Source: an uncultured virus (IMG/VR IMGVR_UViG_3300031587_000158) (Duplodnaviria > Heunggongvirae > Uroviricota > Caudoviricetes). From it: a stretch of 56,394 nucleotides of DNA. Below, in pieces: positions 12,914-21,678 of this stretch. Position 1 is the stretch's first letter. The number at the start of each line of letters is the position of its first letter. A program made the position numbers and the translations under genes. The notes under the pieces were generated by a model. That model searched no databases. It saw only the letters and a list, made by a program, of their open reading frames with translations, and was not told the DNA's origin. The stretch lies in IMG/VR virus record IMGVR_UViG_3300031587_000158. One strand, given 5' to 3'.

Positions 12914-13925
12914 CATCCTATCGAGGGACTTTTGTAATGACAGAAATTGACAAGTCAAAACTTCTACGATTCCCTGGACTTGATAGTAGTACAACCGAAG
13001 CTTACTATGACGATACTTATATCTACCTTTTCAGCAAAGATGATGGGCACCTCGCTTGGAAATTTAATCGTCGCACAAACAAAACCGAATTTGAGTGTGA
13101 ATGTATTAAAAAAGGAAAAATGATATTTAGTTTACTTTGGAGGTAAAATAATGGATCTAACGAAACGGCAGCAGGAAATATTTGAAAAAGTGAAAGCCGA
13201 TTGGGGAAAGAGGGTCGGTGCAGGGAACGTGAATGAGGATACACTAAAAAGAATAATTGTAGACGCCGATACTGACGGTGATGGCTTTAAACGAGTGCAG
13301 AAAGTAGGATCTAAAAAAACTTACCTTGTCCCGATTGAGGACATATTACTAATTGGTGTACGGGTTACTGACTTGGAGAAATATCCAACGGAGGAGCAGC
13401 AATGAAGGTTAATATCTCCATTCAGAGCGAACAGCTCTCTAAAGAAGATCTGCAACTTTTACTCCAATACATTCGAGATTGCGAGCAAAAGAACTTCCCC
13501 GATAAGGAAATACATATCACTATTGATGCTCCCGATATGAGTGCCGAAGAAATTAAAGAAATCTTAACCGAAATAAAACCTCCCCTAAAATATGGTCCAT
13601 TTACCATTACACTATAAAATAATCTTCCTGGTCAAGGAGAATGAAAACATGCCAATATGGGAATTAAGTCCGGCAAATAATGAGAAGATAGTGATTTCGC
13701 TAGATGCCGATACGCGAGAAGCGGCAACCACTAAGGCTGAGGAAATGTATCCGCAGTATAAAAGGTGGATATGCAAGAAAGGTGGATCTTCTGATATGGA
13801 AAAGAGGGAGACAAAGGTTGAGACCCCTAAAAAGGAGATAAAAGAAGGGGGGAGGATAAAACCAAAAGCTGTTAAGAAGAAGGAGACGGAAATAATAGTA
13901 CTGGACATGTAGGAATGTTGCGATA

Positions 13926-13944
13926 AAGTAACACAGTACAGTCG
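13926..13944 (+). promoter_or_regulatory. CRISPR mini-leader motif, copy 1
   Basis: AAGTAACACAGTACAGTCG abutting repeat 1; 13 of 19 positions identical in all three arrays. Confidence 0.7.
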
Positions 13945-14303
13945 GTTCCGTGGCAACTATGATAAGAGTTGACCGTCATGTGAAATTAAAGAGGCCACGG
14001 ATCAACACCCGGTTGTTCCGTGGCAACTATGATAAGAGTTGACCCTGTCTCTTTGATTAGCCGCTCGTATTCCTTTTCATCGTTCCGTGGCAACTATGAT
14101 AAGAGTTGACCCTCTAACTGACTGCTTTTTATACATCGTTTATCAATCAGTTCCGTGGCAACTATGATAAGAGTTGACCAATAATATCCTTGAGAAGTTT
14201 TGTCCACCTCTCCTTCGTTCAGTAGCAACCATGATAAGAGTTGACAAGCTGCACCTGCACCAAAGCATCCTTTTGTTCAGTATCAACGATGATATGAGTT
14301 GAC
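13945..14303 (+). CRISPR. CRISPR array 1: six 29-bp repeats, plus a degenerate seventh at about 14340-14368
   Basis: GTTCCGTGGCAACTATGATAAGAGTTGAC at 13945, 14015, 14082 and 14150 (identical), variants at 14217 and 14275; unique spacers of 29-41 bp. Confidence 0.95.
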
Positions 14304-14441
14304 TCTTTATATCCTAAATGGTTCGTATATACTTCCCTTGTCATGGACATCTATAATATGAGTTAGACTCTGAGTAGCTCTTCTGATTTGCCATTTTTCT
14401 ATATTCAGCTATTTAAATTCAAATGATAGCTTTTTAGAGGG

Positions 14442-14792
14442 GTGATGAAGATGAAGACAAAAAGCTGGATACAGGATTTCATACCCGACCTGCTTGATCG
14501 GAAAATATCACTCGAAGAGGTCAGGAGAATAAGGGAGAGAGAAGTGGGGCATCCGATCAAGTTGAAAACCATAGCTAGAGCCATAAACACGATGGGCTAC
14601 TCAGTAGCGGGTATGGTCAGGGACATATGTGTATCCGAGATGCCAAAAACTGAACCTATGTTTTCGGGGAATTCAGTCTGCCGTGATTGCAGATTCTGGA
14701 AAGCGGGGATATGCATAACACCGAAACAGACAACGGCTGGATGGCTTGATAGGTTTGATGAGGGTTTCTGTCCCTTGAAGGAGACGGTTTAG
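14442..14792 (+). CDS. Hypothetical protein, possible HTH plus Cys cluster
   Basis: SD GGGGTGA; ISLEEVRRI..IKLKTIARAI and CRDCRFW...C motifs. Confidence 0.55.
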   Translation: MMKMKTKSWIQDFIPDLLDRKISLEEVRRIREREVGHPIKLKTIARAINTMGYSVAGMVRDICVSEMPKTEPMFSGNSVCRDCRFWKAGICITPKQTTAGWLDRFDEGFCPLKETV

Positions 14793-15074
14793 GTGAACAT
14801 GAAGAAAAAGGTACAAGTTTGTATGTTCTGTGGTGTTGAGATGAAGCTGGAAATAGCTTCACCAAACGAAATGTATGGTGCAGATGATCCTTTTGGTTAT
14901 CGAAGAGGACCGACAGGAGATACATACTGCCCAAAATGCAGAGGAGGGAATTGCGGTGTATCAATACCCCTTACCCAAAAGGACATAGAGAATTTGCGTG
15001 ATTGGTTCAAGCACAACCCGCAAGACTTAGAGAAATGTATTCCTCTCATACAAGAGACATTTAAGAATGGATAG
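14793..15074 (+). CDS. Zinc-ribbon hypothetical protein
   Basis: CMFCG and CPKC motifs. Confidence 0.6.
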   Translation: MNMKKKVQVCMFCGVEMKLEIASPNEMYGADDPFGYRRGPTGDTYCPKCRGGNCGVSIPLTQKDIENLRDWFKHNPQDLEKCIPLIQETFKNG

Positions 15075-15166
15075 AGGAAATGTTAAAGACAATAGTGATT
15101 TATCTAATCTTAATGGGATTTGCATATCTTCTTTACAGAATCACCAAATGGTATAGGAGATAAGAC

Positions 15167-15427
15167 ATGGGAATAAGTAAGGTTCTATGCAAGATCCTTG
15201 GTCACAATTATCATTTTCAAAGACGAGTTACAATCTTAGGGGATAAGGGTTATTTCACGGGATTTGAATATAAATGTATAAGATGTTACGATACATGCTA
15301 CTTACCGTGGTGGGCTCTACCACCGAGAAGATGCTTTTGTTTAAAGGAGCGTTTAAAAAATTATCGAATGAGGAGATGTCTAAGAGAAGAAGTGATTGAG
15401 AGAGATGATAAAAATTGTAGACTATGA
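15167..15427 (+). CDS. Small Cys/His hypothetical protein
   Basis: LCKILGHNY...CIRC motif, same type as the 640-891 protein (KCFFGFH...CSRC). Confidence 0.55.
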   Translation: MGISKVLCKILGHNYHFQRRVTILGDKGYFTGFEYKCIRCYDTCYLPWWALPPRRCFCLKERLKNYRMRRCLREEVIERDDKNCRL

Positions 15428-15761
15428 GAGAGAAACAGGCAATATAAAGCTTGAGTTCGAGAGCGAGACAGTCGTAAAGACCACCATCAATAATCTGATG
15501 GACATATGCGTAAGGTTGCATAGTTTACACGGTACTAAAGAATGACTGAATACATAGACATCCGGGGTTTGTCGGATGAGGAGAAGTTTAAGTGGTACGA
15601 GAGGATAGGGAAGGATGCTAAAGGTGTTGAGTTGAGAGAGCATGAAAGCGGCTTCCCAATAATAACGATTGACTACCAAGATATTCACTTGCTGACCGAC
15701 GTATTGAGTGTTGAGGAATGGTGGAAGAGGCAGAGAGTAATAGCTCTATGAGAAGATAAAA

Positions 15762-17627
15762 ATGAAGATATGCTTTTTCGGAGCCACAAAGGAGGTTACG
15801 GGATCTTGCTTCTTGATAAAAACGTACAAATCCAGTTTTCTCCTTGATTGCGGTCAGCGACAAGGACCTGATGAGGAAAAATTACCTCGATTTCAATTCA
15901 ATCCGAAAGAAATAGACTTTGTTATCCTCTCACATGCCCACATTGACCACTCAGGTCTTTTACCAAAGATGATTGCCGAGGGGTTCGATGGTGAGATATA
16001 CTCAACTGTAGCTACCAGAGATGTTGCTGAGCTGCTTCTGAAGGATAGTGCGAAGATTCAAAAGGAGGATGTGGAAAAAGGAAAAATTCTGCCTCTGTTC
16101 ACCGAGAAAGATGTTACTGAAACGATGGAGAAATTCACTGTTTCAGAATGGGATACTCCTATTGAGACCTCTCACGATGTTACAGTAACATTCCTTGATG
16201 CAGGGCATATATTGGGTGCAAGTATCTCGATTATTGACATCGCGGGAGTTGGAAGGGTAGTTTACACTGGTGACATCGGACATGGACGTTCGCCCCTGAT
16301 GAATGCACCTGTAAAGTTAAGCAATGCCGATTATCTGATAATCGAATCTACTTACGGTGCAAAGCAGCATCCGTTCTTTTATCCTAAAGAAGAATTGAGA
16401 CAAATAGTACAGGATACCTATAACAGCAAGGGTAAAGTTCTAATTCCTGTATTTGCTGTGGGCAGGGCACAGGAAATACTTTATCTCTTGAAATTACTGT
16501 ATGATGAAAATAAGCTCCCAAATATACCTGTTTACTTCGATACGCCGTTAGGTCGAGAAGCAACATCTCTTTACAGGCATCACCAGAATTATCTTCGAAC
16601 CGATTTTAGAAGTTCGTTCTTAAAGGGAGGGAATCCCTTTAACTTTGGGACACTCGATTTTGTCAAAGGACACCAGAGGTCTTTGGATATATCCTTATCC
16701 GAAGAACCCTGCATAGTAATGGCAGCCAGTGGTATGCTCACCGGTGGTCGCATACACAACCACTTAAAAAGTACATTGGAAGACACCAATTCAAGCTTGG
16801 TATTCGTGGGCTATCAAGCGGAAGGCACGCCTGGACGAGAGATAATTGATGGTAAGAGAAAGGTAGAAATTGAGGGAAAAGAGTATCAGGTAAAACTTTC
16901 TGTTAAATATATTCAGGGTCTGAGTGCTCACGCGGATACAGACGGTCTATTTGCCTTTGCAAATTCCGCAGAAATACTTCCAAAGAAGATATTTGTGGTG
17001 CATGGTGAACCAGAAAATGCAGAAGCACTACAAGAGAGGATAATAAAAAATCTACGAATTGATACTTGTGTACCTGAAAAGGGCTATATAGAGAACTTTA
17101 TGGAGCGGGAGATTATCAAAGTGATAGTAAAAGACGTGCATCTCGATTTTACACCACAATTCACGAGATTCGATGAGCAGGAAGTCTTTCCCATCGTTGG
17201 AGCACTACTGAGAAAAGAGGATGGCATTCACCTAATCTCGAAGGAGCAATATACGCGGATACTCGATGAAGCGGAGGATAAACTCGGACATTTGTTGGAG
17301 AGGGTAACAGAAAAGAGGGATATTACGGAGGTGGAAGTAGAGGGGACTCCCGAGGAGGAGATGTCAGAGGCAGTATTCAAGGAGACAATGATAAAAGATG
17401 CTCTAAATGGGATTTTGTCCAGGAGTAGGGCTCGAGAGCTTAAACAAATGATTGAAGAGGAGGGGCGAAACGCAACGATAGCACATATTAATAAACTTGC
17501 AAGGAAGGATAGATTATATCCACAGGATAGGGAGAAACAGGAAGAGCTGAGGAAGGTACTCGTTGCAGGTATTAATTCCTTCCCCCAATTGGCTCTTACA
17601 CTACTTAATGAGGTAATAGAGAAGTGA
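15762..17627 (+). CDS. cas14: Beta-CASP metallo-beta-lactamase ribonuclease with C-terminal helical extension; type VII CRISPR effector (Cas14-like)
   Basis: SHAHIDH, AGHILG, YTGD, ESTYG, AVGRAQE, VGYQAEGT, SAHAD and VVHGE motifs; about 170 extra C-terminal residues (LSRSRARELKQ helical region); sits between CRISPR arrays with cas7/cas5 downstream. Confidence 0.85.
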   Translation: MKICFFGATKEVTGSCFLIKTYKSSFLLDCGQRQGPDEEKLPRFQFNPKEIDFVILSHAHIDHSGLLPKMIAEGFDGEIYSTVATRDVAELLLKDSAKIQKEDVEKGKILPLFTEKDVTETMEKFTVSEWDTPIETSHDVTVTFLDAGHILGASISIIDIAGVGRVVYTGDIGHGRSPLMNAPVKLSNADYLIIESTYGAKQHPFFYPKEELRQIVQDTYNSKGKVLIPVFAVGRAQEILYLLKLLYDENKLPNIPVYFDTPLGREATSLYRHHQNYLRTDFRSSFLKGGNPFNFGTLDFVKGHQRSLDISLSEEPCIVMAASGMLTGGRIHNHLKSTLEDTNSSLVFVGYQAEGTPGREIIDGKRKVEIEGKEYQVKLSVKYIQGLSAHADTDGLFAFANSAEILPKKIFVVHGEPENAEALQERIIKNLRIDTCVPEKGYIENFMEREIIKVIVKDVHLDFTPQFTRFDEQEVFPIVGALLRKEDGIHLISKEQYTRILDEAEDKLGHLLERVTEKRDITEVEVEGTPEEEMSEAVFKETMIKDALNGILSRSRARELKQMIEEEGRNATIAHINKLARKDRLYPQDREKQEELRKVLVAGINSFPQLALTLLNEVIEK

Positions 17628-17646
17628 CGAGGGGAGTGATGTGAAA

Positions 17647-17665
17647 AAGTAATACTACATAGTCG
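17647..17665 (+). promoter_or_regulatory. CRISPR mini-leader motif, copy 2
   Basis: AAGTAATACTACATAGTCG abutting repeat 1 of array 2. Confidence 0.7.
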
Positions 17666-18359
17666 GTATCGTACCAACAATGATAAGAGTTGACTTTGAG
17701 TTCTTTTGCTTTGGCTCCTGCCTTCACTATCCCGTATCGTACCAACAATGATAAGAGTTGACTACGGCATGGCGTCAGAAGGGCCAAAATTTTCCTGTCC
17801 TGTACCAACTATGATAAGAGTTGACGTTTTTTATTGGTCCAACCTTCTCGGCATTGCATTGTTGCGTAGCAACTATGATAGGAGTTCCCCAATAATGGCT
17901 GTATTTCAGGCAGGTTTGCTATATCCCGTTCCATAATAACGATGATATGAGTTGACTTTTCCTACAACAGCAAGTTTCAGACGATACTTAGTTCGGTAAC
18001 AACTATGATAAGAGTTGACTGAAAATTAGTTATCTCATCTAAATGAGAAACCATCAATAACAACAATGATAGGAGTTGACACAGTTCCGGCGATTGGGAA
18101 TAAAACATCTTCATACGTTCTTTAACAACGATGATATGAGTTGATACATCATTCCAGATAGGGGCTGTACTAATTTTAATCCGTGCTCCCTTACAGCGAT
18201 GATAGGAGTTGACTTTTGGTATTGGAATGTCTCTCTATAAAGTTTGCGGATAGTAATAACGATGATATGAGTTAATAGATGGACTAGCTTCTTTACTTTT
18301 GGCACGGAGGACTTTTTGGGGTTATTGAGATGATAATAACAACGATGATATGAGTTGGA
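17666..18359 (+). CRISPR. CRISPR array 2: eleven degenerate 29-bp repeats
   Basis: Repeats start at 17666, 17734, 17797, 17861, 17928, 17991, 18052, 18117, 18185, 18248 and 18331; core YAACNATGATADGAGTTGAC; first two identical. Confidence 0.93.
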
Positions 18360-18402
18360 TAGGAAGGATTGAAATAGATAAAGGAAATGGAGTTTGGTAA
18401 AA

Positions 18403-19050
18403 ATGGAAAAAGAATTTGGAAAATACAGATTGGAGATGAGAGCTGTCTCCACTGTTATAAGTGGAGAAATAAAAGAAGAAAGAAGACGAAAAGAGAAGTC
18501 AGGTGTCCACCTACCATGCAGGTTGACAGCAGACGGCAAGGTTGCAGTACCCATTTATGGGGCACTGAGAGGCTATGCGGAAATAGCACTCCGAGCTACA
18601 GGAGAAGAGGTCTGTGATACCGGAGCAAAAGGATCGAAGGGTTGTGGTAGATGCTCCCTCTGTGATCTATATGGATCATTAGGGATGAGAGGCCGAGCGA
18701 TTATAGATGATCTTCGCTCGGAGGAAAACTTCGATAAGGTAGTAAATAAAGTGATGCATGTGAAATTGGATAGGGAAAAGGGAGTTGTAAGTGATTCTCT
18801 GGAAGCAGAAGAGATACAGGAAGGGACTATATTTACAGGGACTATCATCGTTCTTAATCCTCGTGAACGAGATTTGGAGCTAATAAATATAGGGATCCAA
18901 GGAATAAACACATTTGGTCTTGGCGGATGGTTGACAAGGGGGAGAGGTCGAGTTGAGTTGAAAATAGTGAGTGCTGAGAGGATATCTTGGGCCTCTCTAG
19001 TAGAGGAAGCGAGGAAGCGGGTGAAAGAACTGGTAAAAACCAAGAAATAG
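18403..19050 (+). CDS. cas7: Cas7-family RAMP backbone protein
   Basis: IYGALRGYAE helix, zinc-binding CDTG...GCGRCSLCDLYGS, HVKLDRE, and G-rich loop GLGGWLTRGRGRV; ATG 18403 preferred over TTG 18394. Confidence 0.9.
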   Translation: MEKEFGKYRLEMRAVSTVISGEIKEERRRKEKSGVHLPCRLTADGKVAVPIYGALRGYAEIALRATGEEVCDTGAKGSKGCGRCSLCDLYGSLGMRGRAIIDDLRSEENFDKVVNKVMHVKLDREKGVVSDSLEAEEIQEGTIFTGTIIVLNPRERDLELINIGIQGINTFGLGGWLTRGRGRVELKIVSAERISWASLVEEARKRVKELVKTKK

Positions 19051-19063
19051 GGGTAGTTACGGG

Positions 19064-20080
19064 GTGCATCCAATGAGCACTGATAATATAGCAGTGGAGG
19101 TTACAGGGGATTTAGTGAACCTTAATGAGACGATTCTATCAACCGGAGAACTTGATAGCAGAACGCATATGATGACGAGCCATAATTATCCTCCAGGACA
19201 AGTCCTGAGAGGTGCTTTTGGGCACCTCTTTTTCGTAGCAAATCTACCGATAATAAAGACATACGAAATAAATGCAGAGCCTGTTCTTTACTTCAAAGAT
19301 GCATTACCGCTCCACTGGCGAGATGGTGGTATCTTATTCCCGACAATCGTAGATGGGAAGTTTGTCAATTACCAGTGTCAGGTATGCAAGGAGATCTTAA
19401 GGTATGCCTCCTTCAAATCAATGATTACGAGAACGAGATTAGATAGACATAAGGGGACCGTATCGATGATGTGGAGACAGGAAGGGATAACACAAAGAAC
19501 ACAGTTTAGATTCAGAGTGATCGTGAAGCTGAAAACTGATATAGAAGATAATCTCAGTGCTTTATTCGCAGTATTAAGTTTCGTGGAGGATAACGGTCTT
19601 TCACTAGGAAAACGATCAATGAAGGGCAGTGGAAAATTCCGGCTGGATAATCTAGCCTATAATCTGGTTACGAGGGAGGATATAGACAGGAGGGCAAAAG
19701 AACTTCGAGAGAAGGAGGTGATGAAGATCAGGTTACTATCTGATGCCATAGTAAGAAAACAGGGGACAAATCTCACTATAATCAAGGGTGATGATTTCCT
19801 CTGGAGTGTGAAGAATGCTGCCAAGAATTTCAATTACGATTACAAACCCTTCTCGGCAGAGGTAAAGCTCATAGACACCCAGACAACAAAACCATATCCC
19901 ATAGGATTTCTGGACATCAAGGGACAGTATGAGATAGCGATACCAAAAGGGTCAACGTTCACTTACAGAATAGCTCCAGGGGCATCAGAAGACTTTTATA
20001 TTGCACTAGCATTACTCGAACGGTGTCATGGTATAGGCAATAGATCCTCTTCGGGGAAGGGGGAGATAATAATAGAATGA
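19064..20080 (+). CDS. cas5: Cas5-like RAMP with two RRM units (Csx10/Csm4/Cmr3-like)
   Basis: PPGQVLRGAFG, TRTRLDRHKGT, G-loops LGKRSMKGSG and GIGNRSSSGKG, AIPKGSTF; alternative ATG at 19073. Confidence 0.8.
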   Translation: MHPMSTDNIAVEVTGDLVNLNETILSTGELDSRTHMMTSHNYPPGQVLRGAFGHLFFVANLPIIKTYEINAEPVLYFKDALPLHWRDGGILFPTIVDGKFVNYQCQVCKEILRYASFKSMITRTRLDRHKGTVSMMWRQEGITQRTQFRFRVIVKLKTDIEDNLSALFAVLSFVEDNGLSLGKRSMKGSGKFRLDNLAYNLVTREDIDRRAKELREKEVMKIRLLSDAIVRKQGTNLTIIKGDDFLWSVKNAAKNFNYDYKPFSAEVKLIDTQTTKPYPIGFLDIKGQYEIAIPKGSTFTYRIAPGASEDFYIALALLERCHGIGNRSSSGKGEIIIE

Positions 20081-20095
20081 GTAGAAGATACTCAT

Positions 20096-20114
20096 AAGTA
20101 GCACTGCATAGTCG
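20096..20114 (+). promoter_or_regulatory. CRISPR mini-leader motif, copy 3
   Basis: AAGTAGCACTGCATAGTCG one base before repeat 1 of array 3. Confidence 0.7.
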
Positions 20115-20115
20115 G

Positions 20116-21110
20116 GTTCATTAACAACTAAGATAAGAGTTGACTTCTGGTGTCCAATCACAGTTCATAGCAATATATCCCCGATCATTAACAACTAAGA
20201 TAAGAGTTGACCCCCATAGCCTATTATGTAGACCGTCTCGCCTGCACTGTTCAGTAACAATAATGATATGAGTTGACCTCTTGAAGAGTATCCAAATTGT
20301 ATCGCTCTTTTATCTCAGCTCTGTAACAACTATGATAGGAGTTATCCCTGAGAGGGAGATATTGTGCAGCAGCGATTTCCTCGTTAGGTAACAACTATGA
20401 TATGAGTTGACCTATGCTTGAAGCACACGTTTTTCGGGGTCGTTAAAAGCTTTGGTAGTTCCGTGGCAACTATGATAGGAGTTGACTGCCCATAACTTCC
20501 ATTTTCTATCATATTAGCCTTCTTTAGTTCAGAACCAACTATGATAGGAGTTGCCCACATAAAATGCCGCCCAATTTCTTTAACTCCGTGCTCTGAATTT
20601 GATAGCAACGATGATATGAGTTGACTTCTATCTATTCTCGCTAAATTCATAGTACATCTATTCGGTGATAACTATGATAGGAGTTAGCTTACTAAATCCA
20701 TAGTATATGAACAAGGATAAACCAACAACGATAAGAGTTGACCGTTAGTTATCCTCCAATATAACCTTCTATCGTCCTCGTTCGGAACCAACAACGATAA
20801 GAGTTGACTAATCAAATCTACGCTTTGGATAAGCTTTTTTGGTATTCAATTACAACCATGATAGGAGTTGATCAATAATTAAACATGAATTCATCTGCTC
20901 AACCATGATAGGAGTTGGCTACGAAGGCGAGTTCGTAGATCCATCCTAGGATCAATAGCAACTATGATAAGAGTTGATGGATTAATAATATCTACCCATA
21001 TATGTTTTCGATGATGCATTCAGTACCAACGATGATAAGAGTTGACTATCGCACCCTTGCCACCTTCACGTCTTCACATTGTCCCATGACCAACAATGAT
21101 ATGAGTTGAC
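20116..21110 (+). CRISPR. CRISPR array 3: sixteen degenerate 29-bp repeats
   Basis: Repeats start at 20116, 20183, 20249, 20318, 20383, 20458, 20527, 20597, 20660, 20714, 20780, 20844, 20891, 20950, 21018 and 21082; spacers 18-46 bp. Confidence 0.93.
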
Positions 21111-21217
21111 CTTCATATCCCAGTCCACGTTATTGTCATTTTATTTATGATAACAAATATATACTAAATAAATATTTTCAATAGAGGTGAAAGGAGAAAA
21201 AGGAGTAAGTATAAGAA

Positions 21218-21427
21218 ATGGAAATGTTCGTGGATGTAGTTAAGGGGTACTTCTTTGGACCTATATATACCGATGGGACAAAATCTTTAGCGGTCTATAT
21301 TCCACCGGAGATACGGAAATCTTTTAATATTAGACCACCCCTTAAGCCAAAGTTCAACGTGTTCCTTGATAAGGAGAAAAAACGCATAATCTTTGAACTT
21401 CAGGAATTCGTTAAGGAGGAGGAGTAA
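21218..21427 (+). CDS. AbrB/MazE-like swapped-hairpin DNA-binding protein
   Basis: SLAVYIPPEIRKSFNI...FNVFLDKEKKRIIFE pattern. Confidence 0.65.
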   Translation: MEMFVDVVKGYFFGPIYTDGTKSLAVYIPPEIRKSFNIRPPLKPKFNVFLDKEKKRIIFELQEFVKEEE

Positions 21428-21428
21428 G

Positions 21429-21632
21429 ATGGAAGTATTAATAGGTGTTGTAAAGGGTAACTTTACAGGGAATAAAAAGACAAAAGGGTACTCACGACTT
21501 TTAGCAGTCAATATCCCAAAGGAGATACGAAAAATACTCGATTTAAAACCACCTTCAAAACCCAGCTTCAAAGTCTTCGTGGATGAAAATAGTCGGCGAA
21601 TAATCCTTGAACTTCGGGAATCGATAGACTGA
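21429..21632 (+). CDS. AbrB/MazE-like protein, tandem paralog
   Basis: ATG 21429 after GGAGGAG; LLAVNIPKEIRKILDL...FKVFVDENSRRIILE aligns with the upstream ORF. Confidence 0.65.
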   Translation: MEVLIGVVKGNFTGNKKTKGYSRLLAVNIPKEIRKILDLKPPSKPSFKVFVDENSRRIILELRESID

Positions 21633-21678
21633 GATACTTTAAATATTAAGCCAAAGTTATTCCAATGGGCTCAGGATA

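Larger units (their letters stand above)
167..13912 (+). other. Cluster of about 30 short, co-oriented, tightly packed, mostly hypothetical ORFs (virus early-gene-like region)
   Basis: Consecutive + strand ORFs of roughly 55-270 aa with GGAG/GGTGA SD motifs, several overlapping stop/start junctions and many CxxC zinc-ribbon proteins (e.g. 3781-4062, 5999-6427, 9520-9765). Confidence 0.8.

Noticed and set aside
14111..14149. Array 1 spacer 3 reverse complement (IDKRCIKSSQLE) resembles SNNQCIKSDQVQ in ORF 25536-25955
   Set aside because: Only 24 of 36 nt match in AT-rich sequence, compatible with chance; no convincing self-targeting spacer was seen by eye, and an exhaustive search was not possible
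15762..17627. Reading the beta-CASP gene as housekeeping aCPSF1 or RNase J
   Set aside because: No N-terminal KH domains; it has a C-terminal extension and is sandwiched by CRISPR arrays and RAMP genes
18403..20080. Type III or type IV assignment of the RAMP genes
   Set aside because: No Cas10, Csf1, DinG or separate small subunit in the locus; the beta-CASP partner fits type VII better
17605..20650. ORFs overlapping arrays (17605-17808, 17706-17936, 18111-18554, 20384-20650)
   Set aside because: They translate CRISPR repeats and spacers (recurring PTMIRVD / STPIIV), so they are not genes
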